The notes beneath the pieces were generated by a model. The model searched no databases and had not been told where the DNA came from. It worked only from the letters and a program-made list of their open reading frames with translations. A stretch of 64,000 nt of DNA from an uncultured Collinsella sp. Lineage in GTDB: Bacteria; Actinomycetota; Coriobacteriia; Coriobacteriales; Coriobacteriaceae. Positions within the stretch are counted from its first letter, which is position 1. Every line of letters begins with the position of its first letter. Shown here in pieces: positions 36,585-46,151 of the stretch. The stretch spans positions 10,674-74,673 of the forward strand of contig CABVDG010000003.1 in the NCBI GenBank assembly GCA_902497075.1, given 5' to 3'. The position numbers were made by a program, and so were the translations under genes.

Positions 36585-37844
36585 ATGAAGATCGCTGTCG
36601 CCGGCACCGGCTACGTCGGCCTGTCCCTCGCCGTCCTGCTCTCGCAGCACAACGAGGTGCACGCGCTGGATATCGTGCCCGAGAAGGTCGAGAAGATCAA
36701 CAACTACATATCGCCCATCCAGGACGACGAGATCGAGCGCTTCCTGGCGGAGGCCAAGACGGGGGAGCGCGAGCTCGACCTGCACGCCACCGTGGACGTG
36801 GCCGAGGCCTACACGGACGCCGACTACGCCGTGATCGCCACGCCCACCAACTACGACTCGGACAGGAATTTCTTCGACACGAGCTCCGTCGAGGCCGCCA
36901 TCGCCGCCGTTCGCTCGGTGAACCCGGACGCCTGGATCGTCATCAAGTCGACGATCCCGGTGGGCTACACCGCGGGCCTACGCGAGAAGTTGGGTGATAG
37001 CAAGATCTTCTTCAGCCCGGAGTTCCTGCGCGAGAGCAAGGCGCTCTACGACAACCTGCACCCCAGCCGCATCGTGGTGGGCGCGCCCAAGGACGATTCC
37101 GAGGCCGTGGCCGCCGCCGAGCGCTTCGCCGGCCTGCTCGCGCAGGGCGCCGACCCCGCCGAGCTCGAGCGCGCGAACGCCGACGGCACCGTGGGCATCC
37201 CGGAGCTCGTGCTGGGCACCACCGAGGCCGAGGCCGTGAAGCTCTTCGCCAACACCTACCTGGCGCTGCGCGTCGCCTACTTCAACGAGCTCGACACCTA
37301 CTGCGAGGTCCGCGGCCTCAACACCCGCGACGTCATCGACGGCGTCTGCCTGGAGCCGCGCATCGGCAGCCACTACAACAACCCCAGCTTCGGCTACGGC
37401 GGCTACTGTCTCCCCAAGGACACCAAGCAGCTGCTCGCCAACTACAAGGACGTGCCGCAGAACCTGATCGAGGCCATCGTGGAGGCCAACCGCACCCGAA
37501 AGGACTTCGTCGCCGACGAGGTGCTGCAGATGGTGTGGGACCGCGTCTACGAGGGCAAGCCGAAGCCGGTCGTGGGCGTCTACCGCCTGACGATGAAGTC
37601 CAACTCCGACAACTTCCGCGCGAGCTCCATCCAGGGCGTCATGAAGCGCGTGAAGGCCAAGGGCGTGCCCGTGGTGGTCTACGAGCCCACACTGGACGCG
37701 CCGGAGTTCTTCGGGTCCGAGGTCACGCACGACCTGGAGGCCTTCAAGGCCGGCTGCGACGTGATCGTCGCGAACCGCTGGAGCGACGAGCTCGCGGACG
37801 TGGCGGACAAGGTGTACACGCGGGATTTGTTTAAGCGGGATTAG
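36585..37844 (+). CDS. ugd: UDP-glucose 6-dehydrogenase
   Basis: Rossmann motif [14 protein letters not shown] and catalytic-Cys motif [12 protein letters not shown]. Confidence 0.9.
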   Translation: MKIAVAGTGYVGLSLAVLLSQHNEVHALDIVPEKVEKINNYISPIQDDEIERFLAEAKTGERELDLHATVDVAEAYTDADYAVIATPTNYDSDRNFFDTSSVEAAIAAVRSVNPDAWIVIKSTIPVGYTAGLREKLGDSKIFFSPEFLRESKALYDNLHPSRIVVGAPKDDSEAVAAAERFAGLLAQGADPAELERANADGTVGIPELVLGTTEAEAVKLFANTYLALRVAYFNELDTYCEVRGLNTRDVIDGVCLEPRIGSHYNNPSFGYGGYCLPKDTKQLLANYKDVPQNLIEAIVEANRTRKDFVADEVLQMVWDRVYEGKPKPVVGVYRLTMKSNSDNFRASSIQGVMKRVKAKGVPVVVYEPTLDAPEFFGSEVTHDLEAFKAGCDVIVANRWSDELADVADKVYTRDLFKRD

Positions 37845-37901
37845 GGAAGAGGGCGGAACCAGGCTGATCCGCTTCAATCATTCGCTATTTTAACCGCGTC
37901 G

Positions 37902-37942
37902 AGGGCGGGGGTGTTCGGCATTAGCCGATACACCCCCGCCCT
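37902..37942. terminator. strong bidirectional hairpin closing the polysaccharide locus
   Basis: AGGGCGGGGGTGTTCGGC (37902-37919) pairs with GCCGA-T-ACACCCCCGCCCT (37924-37942). Confidence 0.7.
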
Positions 37943-37969
37943 TCATTGTTCTTCGCAGGTAAAATTCGC

Positions 37970-38413
37970 CTAATTCGAGCGATCGCTCAACGTGATTCGT
38001 GCCTTGAAACCGGCTCCATATTCTCCCGCCCGTGCCTGGTCATCCAACTTGAAGCCGATGTTATACAGCTTCCCCGACTTCGTCTTCCGAACCAGGCCAT
38101 GCTCCAACATGAATGCGACAACGCGGCGATGTGCTTCGACGTCGTCCAAGTTCAGGTAGAAGCAGGCGACGCCTCTGCCGTTCTCGATAACGGACTCGAA
38201 TGAGCTGTGCTTGCATTCCGCGACGACCATTCCGAGGGCCGCCTTGCGGCAGACTTCCTCCGCGAACTCGATATCGTTGAAGTAGAACATCCATTTCCCG
38301 CACCTGCTCTCGTCTAGCGCAGGTGCCAGCTCGGTGTCGATGTAGAACGAACACCATGGGTTGTCCACCCTGACGATTCGGCCGTCTTCGCTCAGCATCG
38401 TCTTCTCTTCCAT
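37970..38413 (-). CDS. conserved hypothetical protein, possibly DUF1917/Bles03-like
   Basis: The GKWMFYF...ACFYLNLDDVEAHRRV...YNIGFKLDDQARAGEYG pattern resembles that family. Recognised by eye only. Confidence 0.5.
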   Translation of the reverse strand: MEEKTMLSEDGRIVRVDNPWCSFYIDTELAPALDESRCGKWMFYFNDIEFAEEVCRKAALGMVVAECKHSSFESVIENGRGVACFYLNLDDVEAHRRVVAFMLEHGLVRKTKSGKLYNIGFKLDDQARAGEYGAGFKARITLSDRSN

Positions 38414-38422
38414 CCATGCCTC

Positions 38423-38510
38423 TTATGGTTTGAGGGTGCTTTCGTAGTACGCGTTTGTTCTCGGAGAGCACCCCTCGACTTCCTTGTCGGTAAGGAAGAG
38501 ACCGAGTAGA
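38423..38510 (-). pseudogene. N-terminal fragment of a tyrosine recombinase (SAM-like domain start)
   Basis: FLTDKEVEGCSPRTNAYYESTLKP followed by a stop. This matches the F..K.VEG.S..T...Y..T pattern of integrase N-termini. Divergent from the hsdS remnant. Confidence 0.4.
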
Positions 38511-38622
38511 CTCGAGTTGCTGGGCACGCTGCTTTCGGCATGGCTACACATAGTGCTTTCGAGCACTGCTTTTAAGATTGCTTTATCTGCAGATAGTCTA
38601 GAACCGGCTACATCTGTGTTAG

Positions 38623-39378
38623 AACCATATTGATCATCGCTTCCACCGGGGGCTCCTTTCCCCTTGGTTCGATGGAAACAATTCTGAAGTGCAGGCCTAT
38701 GTTCCGGTAAATGATTATTTAGCTGAACTCGGAGAAGCCCTTTTTGCTCAAACAATTGAAGAGAACAAGCGAGAAAATCATTACCGTTCAGTCGAGTCAT
38801 TCTGCGAAGTCAAGGGCGGTTAGAGGCTCCCTAAAGGTTCAGAGCTAATTGCAGAGGCAAACTCTCATCCATATATTCGAGTCCGCGACTTAAACAACGC
38901 TTCTGTTCTCTTACTCACTTCGGAAATGCTATATATCGACGATGAAACACGATCTAATATTTCGCGCTACGTTGTCAACACTGGCGATCTAATTGTTTCC
39001 GTTGTCGGAACGATTGGCCTTACGGCGTATATCGGAAAAACGCTCGATGAGGCAAACCTCACAGAGAATTGCAACAAACTTACTTCGTTTAAAGGCGACT
39101 TTGCGGCGTGGTCGTATTTCTTTCTTCGTAGCTCAATGGGCATGGAAGCTATTAGGCTTGGAACTGTTGGTGCCGTTCAGACCAAGCTTGCATTAAAAAA
39201 CATTAAGTCGATGAACGTCCCGTTTGCTCTAGCTTGTGCAATAGAAAGAACGACTTCGACGCTCAATGGTATTCTTGAGCTCATATAGGCTAATATACTC
39301 AAGTCGTAGGCTCTTGGCGAACTGCGTGACGCATTGCTTCCCAAACTCATGTAGGGCGAAATCGACGTCTCTCAGTTT
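38623..39378 (+). pseudogene. hsdS: decayed type I restriction-modification specificity subunit
   Basis: TRD-like sequence (YIRVRDLNN...YIDDETRSNISRYVVNTGDLIVSVVGTIG...LTENCNKL) with an in-frame TAG at 38821. A conserved C-terminal helix LGELRDALLPKLM*GEIDVS is broken by further stops. Confidence 0.7.
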
Positions 39379-39428
39379 GGCGCTGTTCGGATGGATTAGG
39401 TATAGAGCGCTATGGCAGGGGGGCGAAG

Positions 39429-40280
39429 ATGATGATTGTTGTAAATGAATCGGCTGCTGCTTCATATCTATACCTAATGGGATTAACCATAGACGAAGAG
39501 CTGCCGCTTACGCAACACCTCTCTCTATTGCCGGCCACGTGCAAGGCCTCGCCGGACGACATGATAAATTCTGTGATGAAATATGGCAGCGGAGATGAGA
39601 CCGATTTAGGTGTCTTGATTGCCGTCCTTAGGAAAACTACAGCTCAGTTGCGCGTTGTTGGAGAGGGCAAAGAGCTTGCAGTTCGAGTTTGGAATGCCCA
39701 ATCTGCAATAGTTCTATTGTCCGCGCTTTTGAATTGCGAATTGTATTGGCATGTTCAGAGCGATTCGCGGACAGAAGATTTTTCGCCATGCTCGGCAATC
39801 AATGTTGTTCTTTCTACAAGGTTGTTCATTCCAAGAAAATTGAAAGTGATCAACGATTCAGAGAAGCAGTGGATAAGACAGCATTATCGGGACGCATGGG
39901 AACTGTTTGATAAAAACACGCGATTTGAGACCGCGGTGAATTCCTTGTGGAGCTACAAGCAATCGCTTCGACCTTCAGTTCAAATGGCGATTATATGGGC
40001 TGGGATTGAGTCATTGTTTGGAGTCCGGAGCGAACTTGTTTTTCGTGTCAGTACTCTCGCAGCTTTGTTTCTTGGAGGAGGCAAGCAAAAACAGCAAGAA
40101 ATAAAGAAACTATATAGAGCAAGGTCAGAAGCCGTTCATGAGGGAAAACAACCTTCTGAGTCTTGTGTTTCCGATTCTGCAAAATTATTGCAAGCGCTAA
40201 TCTTGGAATGCGTCGAACGGGGCTGTTTACCAAATGAGGACGGTTTGCTTTTCGGATTCGAAGAAGGATCGGCTAAATAA
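39429..40280 (+). CDS. HEPN-like protein (candidate RNase/abortive-infection effector)
   Basis: C-terminal helical region AIIWAGIESLFG...RVSTLAALFLG...LYRARSEAVHEG with an Rx4H motif (R at 40122-40124, H at 40137-40139). G-rich SD before the ATG. Confidence 0.5.
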   Translation: MMIVVNESAAASYLYLMGLTIDEELPLTQHLSLLPATCKASPDDMINSVMKYGSGDETDLGVLIAVLRKTTAQLRVVGEGKELAVRVWNAQSAIVLLSALLNCELYWHVQSDSRTEDFSPCSAINVVLSTRLFIPRKLKVINDSEKQWIRQHYRDAWELFDKNTRFETAVNSLWSYKQSLRPSVQMAIIWAGIESLFGVRSELVFRVSTLAALFLGGGKQKQQEIKKLYRARSEAVHEGKQPSESCVSDSAKLLQALILECVERGCLPNEDGLLFGFEEGSAK

Positions 40281-40782
40281 TCATTTATCGCCCTACGAGT
40301 ATTTGCAGATGAGACACCGATGCGTTTCAGTTGCATTGCATAGACAAGATAACGAAAAAGCAGCAAATCAAGAATGGCGATTCGCAAACATGGTTTATCC
40401 GGAGTTTTCACCAACCGCATCTTTGCGCGCCGCCTCAAATGAAACCCATAATGGAGTTTGGGCCATTCCAGAGTCACTTGCGCAAAGGTATTGCGAGTTT
40501 TTGGATCCAGTGATTTTGAGACGTAGCGTCGCCACTCAGACCGCGAACGCTTCATCGATCTGCAACTTCGGCAAAGCAAAGGGCCGAACATATGACCATG
40601 TTTTGATTTATCCAGTTGCCGATATGGCCTCTTGGTTGCAAGATGCCTCGACGGATCTGAAGCCGCAGACACGCTCCAAGCTCTATATTGCAATTACTAG
40701 GGCGAGGTTCAGCGCTGGCTTCGTGGTTGCTGACAATAAAATAAATGAGCTTCCAGACACGCTAAGCGTCTGGAAGCCATAA
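40234..40782 (+). pseudogene. C-terminal remnant of a UvrD/SF1-type helicase
   Basis: GKAKGRTYDHVLIYPVADMASWL...KLYIAITRARFS matches helicase motif VI and the UvrD_C end. No N-terminal ATPase part is present. Confidence 0.55.
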
Positions 40783-41247
40783 ATCAATCACGTGTTTGTT
40801 TGTCAGCAAAAGCGGATCCCTACGTGAACCTAAAGACGGCCTTGATCAGCCATCCGTTGAACCTGGAGATGCACTTACCAGTCAACTTCATCCATATCAC
40901 CCCAATCCTCTGAAACAACTCTCATGTCACCCTTCTCTGGCTGCGTCTCGGTTGCGCCCAGCGCCTATTTGGCTACTTCCGCTTGTATCCTGAGTAATAA
41001 CCTCCGCTGCTGCAACCAAGGTGGCGAATTGCTGCCTTTGCCATATGGATCTGTATGTAAGTGCTTCGAGGTGATGATGCCGATCTCACTTCAATTCATG
41101 GACGCATCGAAATAATAGGGCGGAGTCGCTCTCTCGATCCCGCCTCGCAAACCCGAATAGTTCTGACTTTCCCGTTATCCGGAACATCTGGGGAAGTTCG
41201 CGTCCCAGTCCGGAAAACCCAATGCCTGAAACGACGATGCCAAGGGG

Positions 41248-41820
41248 TTACTCGGTCAGCTTCTTGCATCCGTGCCAGGTCAAGGGAAGGGGCAGCCTGT
41301 AGAACGAGGTTGGCTCCATAGGGATCTCCTCGAGCCTTCCGTTGCCCCGCCGAACCCATGAAGTTCCGCTTGCGTCGGTGAAAGCCGTTTCGGGTGCCGT
41401 GCGTACTCCCATTCCGTGCCCTTCCGTCGGGAGCCATATGCACCATGCTCCAGGAGGAAGCGTGCCGACGCAGACGCGGTTGGGATAAGCGGGGCGGTTA
41501 TCCTCACCTTTGAAAGAGGGGCCGGCCCCGCTAATCCCGACGCAGGTGACGATTACGTCGTAGACGGGGGACTCGCTTTCGTTTCGAAGCACGACGAATT
41601 GCCAGACGAACCGATTGTCCTCGGGCTGATCAGTTCGGTTTCGATCCCCTTCGTACCATGCCGATATGCGGGATGGCTGATGCCGCTTGATGTCGTCCTC
41701 CCTGTTCTTTTTGCTCTGGTTACTTTGCCAGAGTGCGGCAATCAAGGCCCCCAAGGTAACGAGTCCGATGAATGCTTGGACAATCAGATTGGCGATGTCT
41801 ATATCGATGCCAAAAATCAT
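41248..41820 (-). CDS. N-terminally anchored membrane protein, unknown function
   Basis: TM helix IANLIVQAFIGLVTLGALIAALW followed by a ~150-aa soluble domain. Confidence 0.5.
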   Translation of the reverse strand: MIFGIDIDIANLIVQAFIGLVTLGALIAALWQSNQSKKNREDDIKRHQPSRISAWYEGDRNRTDQPEDNRFVWQFVVLRNESESPVYDVIVTCVGISGAGPSFKGEDNRPAYPNRVCVGTLPPGAWCIWLPTEGHGMGVRTAPETAFTDASGTSWVRRGNGRLEEIPMEPTSFYRLPLPLTWHGCKKLTE

Positions 41821-41914
41821 TGGATGGTCACCGGCTCAGCGTCGTGGGGCGATAATTCTAACTCCGAATAATACGGCTTGATCGATGGTCGACGTTACGT
41901 AAACGTCAAAATGG

Positions 41915-41949
41915 GTTTGTCTTAACAGCCTTATTTTCTTAAGACAAAC
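41915..41949. repeat. 11-bp inverted repeat
   Basis: GTTTGTCTTAA (41915-41925) pairs with TTAAGACAAAC (41939-41949). Confidence 0.7.
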
Positions 41950-42243
41950 TTGCCGCAACGCCAATTCAAAGAGTTTGCCGTGACGCAGACAGATGCAGTT
42001 GGTTGCTGAAAAGCGTGGTTATTTGGGCAGGATTCGCTTCAAAACGCCCGTCGATTATTACGATCTAATGCAGCCTGTAGGGTGGATGTACTTCGATAAG
42101 CAGTAGTCGACATGCTCTGGTTTTGAACGAAAAGTCCCAGAGACAATCGATAACGATTCTTCTTTGATGATGCGAGCGGCGCTACCATTAGCAGCGCCGC
42201 TTGTTTTCCGCTCGCAGATAGATCCCGCCATGTTGACCACCGA

Positions 42244-42534
42244 ATGCATCTTGACCGACGTGCTCGTACTCCTATTCGGGCACAGAAATTGGAGGCGCGG
42301 CCCCCAGCGTCTACTCAGCGAAATTCGTTAAGAAAGCTGACATCGAACACTGTGAACTCCGTCATCGAATCGAATCTCATTGACTGGGATGCGTTCATTA
42401 ATGATGACTTTGATGCCTATTTCAAAGCTCGCGTCATGGCTTTGCTGGACGCTATTGAGTTCGCACTGGGCAAGTCCATCTCCGATAGGGGCACCGAGGA
42501 AACAGTAAAGAGATTTGGCCACTCATTGGAATAA
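42244..42534 (+). CDS. small hypothetical ORF, possibly a gene remnant
   Basis: Open frame only. There is no SD, and the upstream region shows broken coding-like frames. Confidence 0.25.
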   Translation: MHLDRRARTPIRAQKLEARPPASTQRNSLRKLTSNTVNSVIESNLIDWDAFINDDFDAYFKARVMALLDAIEFALGKSISDRGTEETVKRFGHSLE

Positions 42535-42576
42535 GATGCTTCTTAGCTCCGTTATTGGTTATAGAAAGAAGGCTTA

Positions 42577-43338
42577 ATGTCTGATTTTGAAATTTTGCAG
42601 CAGTTGTGCGAAACAGCAGACGAACTTTCAAAGAAATACATCAGCTCTAGTTCGCCTGACTTTAAAGCATGGAAGACAAGGGCGGACAGGCTTTTAATTA
42701 GGCGATTTGGAAAAGACAGCTACGAATTTAAAAGCTTTAACAAAATCAGCTACTCGTTGTCTTTCTTCACCTCCGGTACGCCCGACTCGGCTTTCGTTGA
42801 AGCCTGTGCGGACGGCCTGCGCAGTGCAAAAGCTGTGCTGGAGACATACCTTGATGAGTTTTCAGACGAAGGGGAAACCGGATCGACTGCAAATGTTGGA
42901 GATTATTCGAAGGTATTTATCGTTCATGGTCACAACGGAGAGCTTAGAGAAAGGGTCGCGAGAATCATCGAAAGGCAGGGCCTGACGGCGGTTGTCCTAA
43001 ACGAGCAGTCAAATCAGGGCAAGACAATCATCGAAAAGCTGGAAATTGAAGGCGATGCAGCAGGAGCGGTATGCCTTTTTACGGCGGACGACGAAGGAAG
43101 AGCCCAGGCAGAACAGTCGGAAAAGCCCAGGGCTAGACAAAATGTTGTATTTGAAGCCGGATACTTTATTGGTCGGCTTGGCAGGGAAAACGTTGCAATT
43201 CTTGTTGACAAAGGTATCGAGATTCCCTCCGATCTACAGGGCGTCGTTTATACCGGAACAGACAGTTGGGAGTTCGGCCTCTTGAAAGAACTCAAGTCCA
43301 TGGGATATTCCATCGACTTTAATAAGATGGATATCTAA
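42577..43338 (+). CDS. TIR-like nucleotide-binding protein (PF10137 / Cap12-PycTIR-type TIR domain) with ~110-aa helical N-terminal domain
   Basis: VFIVHGHNGE...LFTADDEG...RARQNVVFEAGYFIGRLGRENVAILV matches the TIR-like family signature, including the conserved Glu. SD GAAGG. Confidence 0.7.
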   Translation: MSDFEILQQLCETADELSKKYISSSSPDFKAWKTRADRLLIRRFGKDSYEFKSFNKISYSLSFFTSGTPDSAFVEACADGLRSAKAVLETYLDEFSDEGETGSTANVGDYSKVFIVHGHNGELRERVARIIERQGLTAVVLNEQSNQGKTIIEKLEIEGDAAGAVCLFTADDEGRAQAEQSEKPRARQNVVFEAGYFIGRLGRENVAILVDKGIEIPSDLQGVVYTGTDSWEFGLLKELKSMGYSIDFNKMDI

Positions 43339-43508
43339 TCCGTTGATCCCTCCTTTCACCGACTGGCAAAACGATTTACACCTAATTGTGGACATTGCCC
43401 ACACGATTTCTCTTTGCTCCCGCATTGATCTCGCTAAACTATTAATTGCTGCTACCAGGGCATTTTCTGGTGCACATTCTATTGGCTCCTGCGAAGATCG
43501 GAGCAGGT

Positions 43509-44502
43509 ATGTTTGCTGCCAAGTCCCACACCAGCCGTCATTACATTCCGATTGTTGCCATGGCCTGCCTATGCGTTTTGCTGGGCGGGCCTTCTTATGC
43601 CGCGGGCGCGGAAAGCCTCATCATCGCGGGCGCGACGTACTACGAGCCGGGCGTGTCGGGTCCCGGCTGGGCCTGGACCGATGCCGACCACCTGGAGCTC
43701 AACGGCTACGCGGGCGAGGCCATCGGCGCCGAGGGCGACCTGGTGCTGACGCTTGCCGGGCAAAACTCCTTGACGGAGTCGCATGCGCCCGATGCGGACA
43801 TCACACTGTGCGGCATGGAGGTGTGGGGCAACCTGACGCTCCGCGGCACCGGAACCCTGACGGCGACGGGCTCGCAGTGCGGGATCCACGTCTCGCAGGC
43901 GCTCGTGGTGGACGGCTGCACCGTCGATGCCCGGGCGGACGGGGCCGATATTACTGACGAGGCGGTTGCCGGCGTGATCGCAGGCGACGTGGCCGTGCGC
44001 GGCGGCGGGCGCGTCGTTGCCGCGGGCGCCGGGTCCGGAGCGGGCGTGCACGCCTACGGCGTGTATCTGCAAGATGCGGGCCTTGGCGCTGGTGCGGCCG
44101 GCAGCCGGCTTTCCGTCGACGCCTCGTGGCTTGACGCGACCGGTCCCGACGGCGGCGTTGCATGCACGGGCGGGTCGCTTGTGTCTGCGCGGTTTGTGAC
44201 GCCTGCTGGCGGGACCTTTGGTGCTGATGGCGTGGTTGATGCCTCCGGTGCGGTGGCACCGCATGTGGTGGTTGAGCCCGATGTCGACACGCCTCCGGCG
44301 GGGGAGAACGATGGGCCCGATGTGCCGGGCAGCGGGACGGGCGAGCCTGATGAAGACCACGGTGCCTGCGCCGTCCAAGCCTAAAGCCACCAGCGCGACC
44401 GCAGCGACACTCCCCAAGACCGGCGACAGCAACTGGATCGCAGTCTCCTTTACGTTTTTCCTGCTTGCTACAGTGCTTCTAGCTGCCGCATGTCGTTGTT
44501 GA
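43509..44502 (+). pseudogene. LPXTG cell-wall-anchored surface protein interrupted by a +1 frameshift near 44357
   Basis: Signal peptide MFAAKSHTSRHYIPIVAMACLCVLLGGPSYAAG. The body frame stops at 44384. The sorting signal LPKTGDSNWIAVSFTFFLLATVLLAAACRC lies in the +1 frame and ends at 44502. Confidence 0.7.
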
Positions 44503-44842
44503 GATAGCTGCCATTTGGAAGAAAGAGACATTCACAAGGTATAACTATTTGCGTGTTTGTCTATAGGCACCCAATTATCGAAGGCAGAGGCCATACGGAC
44601 GTGATCATGGGCTGAATCGTGACATGCGACCCAGGTCCACATGAATGAGAAAAGCATTCAATTATGTCGCAGGTTAGACTGAAGGCAACGAAAGGGCACC
44701 GGGATCTTTGTCGACCCTGGTGCCCAAGCGAAAGACCATCAGAGTTGCCTCGCAATATTCGACGGTGCTAAAGCGGGCAAATATTAAACCGGACTCATTG
44801 GTGAGCTGTATGAGCTGGTTTCTTAGTGACATCCCGGATTGT

Positions 44843-45997
44843 CTATAAGCAAAAGTCTGGTGTTTCGGAAATGCTGTACCGTACGCCAAAACTGTCAATC
44901 TCTTGTTTTAATACAGCCCACTCAATTTCTATAAGCAGCCGCATAACATCGTAAATTGTCACAATGCCTCGAATCCCCTTGCTCCTCATCCGCACGAGTT
45001 CGTAAATCAATTGAACAGAAATCGTTGCTGTATACGGTTCACCGCTTCTATCAAGATTTAATGCTCTTGCAGCATCAATGATCGCGGTGCCAAATAGAAG
45101 CTCAGGGCAAATCCCTTCAGCGGGGTTTTCGATTTTGATATTTACCTTATCTGCGCAAAGCTCAATTTCTGTTTCTCCGACTCTGCTTTGTTTGAGAAAG
45201 GGTTCCGTTTTACCTAGACCTAAATATTCCGTTCTTTTAAGACGCTGCCTGCGGCAGCTCTCCTTAAACATATTGTTACGACAATCTATGATGGCGGCAT
45301 TCGCAATCTGGTCAGTCAGGCATGGGTAAAAACCTATTAGGATCCAATCGACCTCGCAAGATGCCTTGAAAAGGAGATCGTAAATTTCCGCATAAAGTGG
45401 GCATTGTCCACTGTCGAGGCGGGCCACTCTTGTTCCATCGTGAATGAATAATCCCTGAAAATCTGAATGAATTTCAATTAAATAGCCCAATTCAATGCGT
45501 CCATCATCACCGCTAAGTTCAGTAAGGTGATTGCGGTATTTAGGTAATTTGCGAGCATGACCTGTTTTTCCACCAAACAATCGGGCATCTAGAGAGCGCG
45601 TCAGATCGTCACAGCATGCACAGCTTTGATGATATTTTGCCAACGAGACATAGTTTGCGACGATGCTCGCCAATTCCTCCGGCAAAACATCGTCGGCTTC
45701 AAGCCTTGGCATTAGCTTTTCGCGCTCAGCTTTCAACGCAGATGTGAGCTCAGCAGATTTTGATTGAGCGTTTCGACCATGTTTGATGTTATGGTCGATT
45801 CTAAAATGCTCCAAACCAACAATGGATCCATTTTCGCGGGTAATAACAATATCAGGGCACTCGCTGCCTGCGTTAATAGATCCACACACCTTCAAGGCAG
45901 CTTTCTTCTTGTATCCACCCGAGGCCATTGATAGCCTAAGAACATCATTGAACACTTGCTCTTCGTGCGCGTTCTGGTCGCTTTTGTTCTTGCTCAT
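44843..45997 (-). CDS. 384-aa hypothetical protein, no recognisable domain
   Basis: Strong SD (GGAGGA 7 nt before the ATG), coding-like composition, and a possible nuclease-like N-terminal motif CPDIVITRENGSIVGLEHFRIDHNIK. Confidence 0.6.
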   Translation of the reverse strand: MSKNKSDQNAHEEQVFNDVLRLSMASGGYKKKAALKVCGSINAGSECPDIVITRENGSIVGLEHFRIDHNIKHGRNAQSKSAELTSALKAEREKLMPRLEADDVLPEELASIVANYVSLAKYHQSCACCDDLTRSLDARLFGGKTGHARKLPKYRNHLTELSGDDGRIELGYLIEIHSDFQGLFIHDGTRVARLDSGQCPLYAEIYDLLFKASCEVDWILIGFYPCLTDQIANAAIIDCRNNMFKESCRRQRLKRTEYLGLGKTEPFLKQSRVGETEIELCADKVNIKIENPAEGICPELLFGTAIIDAARALNLDRSGEPYTATISVQLIYELVRMRSKGIRGIVTIYDVMRLLIEIEWAVLKQEIDSFGVRYSISETPDFCL

Positions 45998-46060
45998 GCC
46001 GGATCCTCCGCCCTTATAAGTAAAACATAATTCAACTCGCGCTCTTATAGAAGGTGCGAG

Positions 46061-46092
46061 GCCCTCGTCACAAGTGAATGAATGACGAGGGC
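46061..46092. terminator. 10-bp stem hairpin between the two minus-strand cassette ORFs
   Basis: GCCCTCGTCA (46061-46070) pairs with TGACGAGGGC (46083-46092). No clear U-tract. Confidence 0.35.
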
Positions 46093-46151
46093 AAACAGGG
46101 TTAAGGTATGACCTCCGTGTTACCTTTCAGCCCTACCCAAATTCAAATTTA

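Noticed and set aside
40783-41247. ~465-bp gap with only short ORFs (for example a 16-codon MRVVSEDWGDMDEVDW on the minus strand), examined for an ncRNA, retron or array.
   Set aside because: I saw no repeats, no reverse transcriptase nearby and no convincing stable hairpins. Most likely decayed coding sequence.
44561-44898. Minus-strand ORFs 44561-44755 and 44674-44898, considered as possible transposase (rve) fragments.
   Set aside because: The resemblance (LIFARFSTVEY...) is too weak to call, and one ORF overlaps the 3' end of the 384-aa gene.
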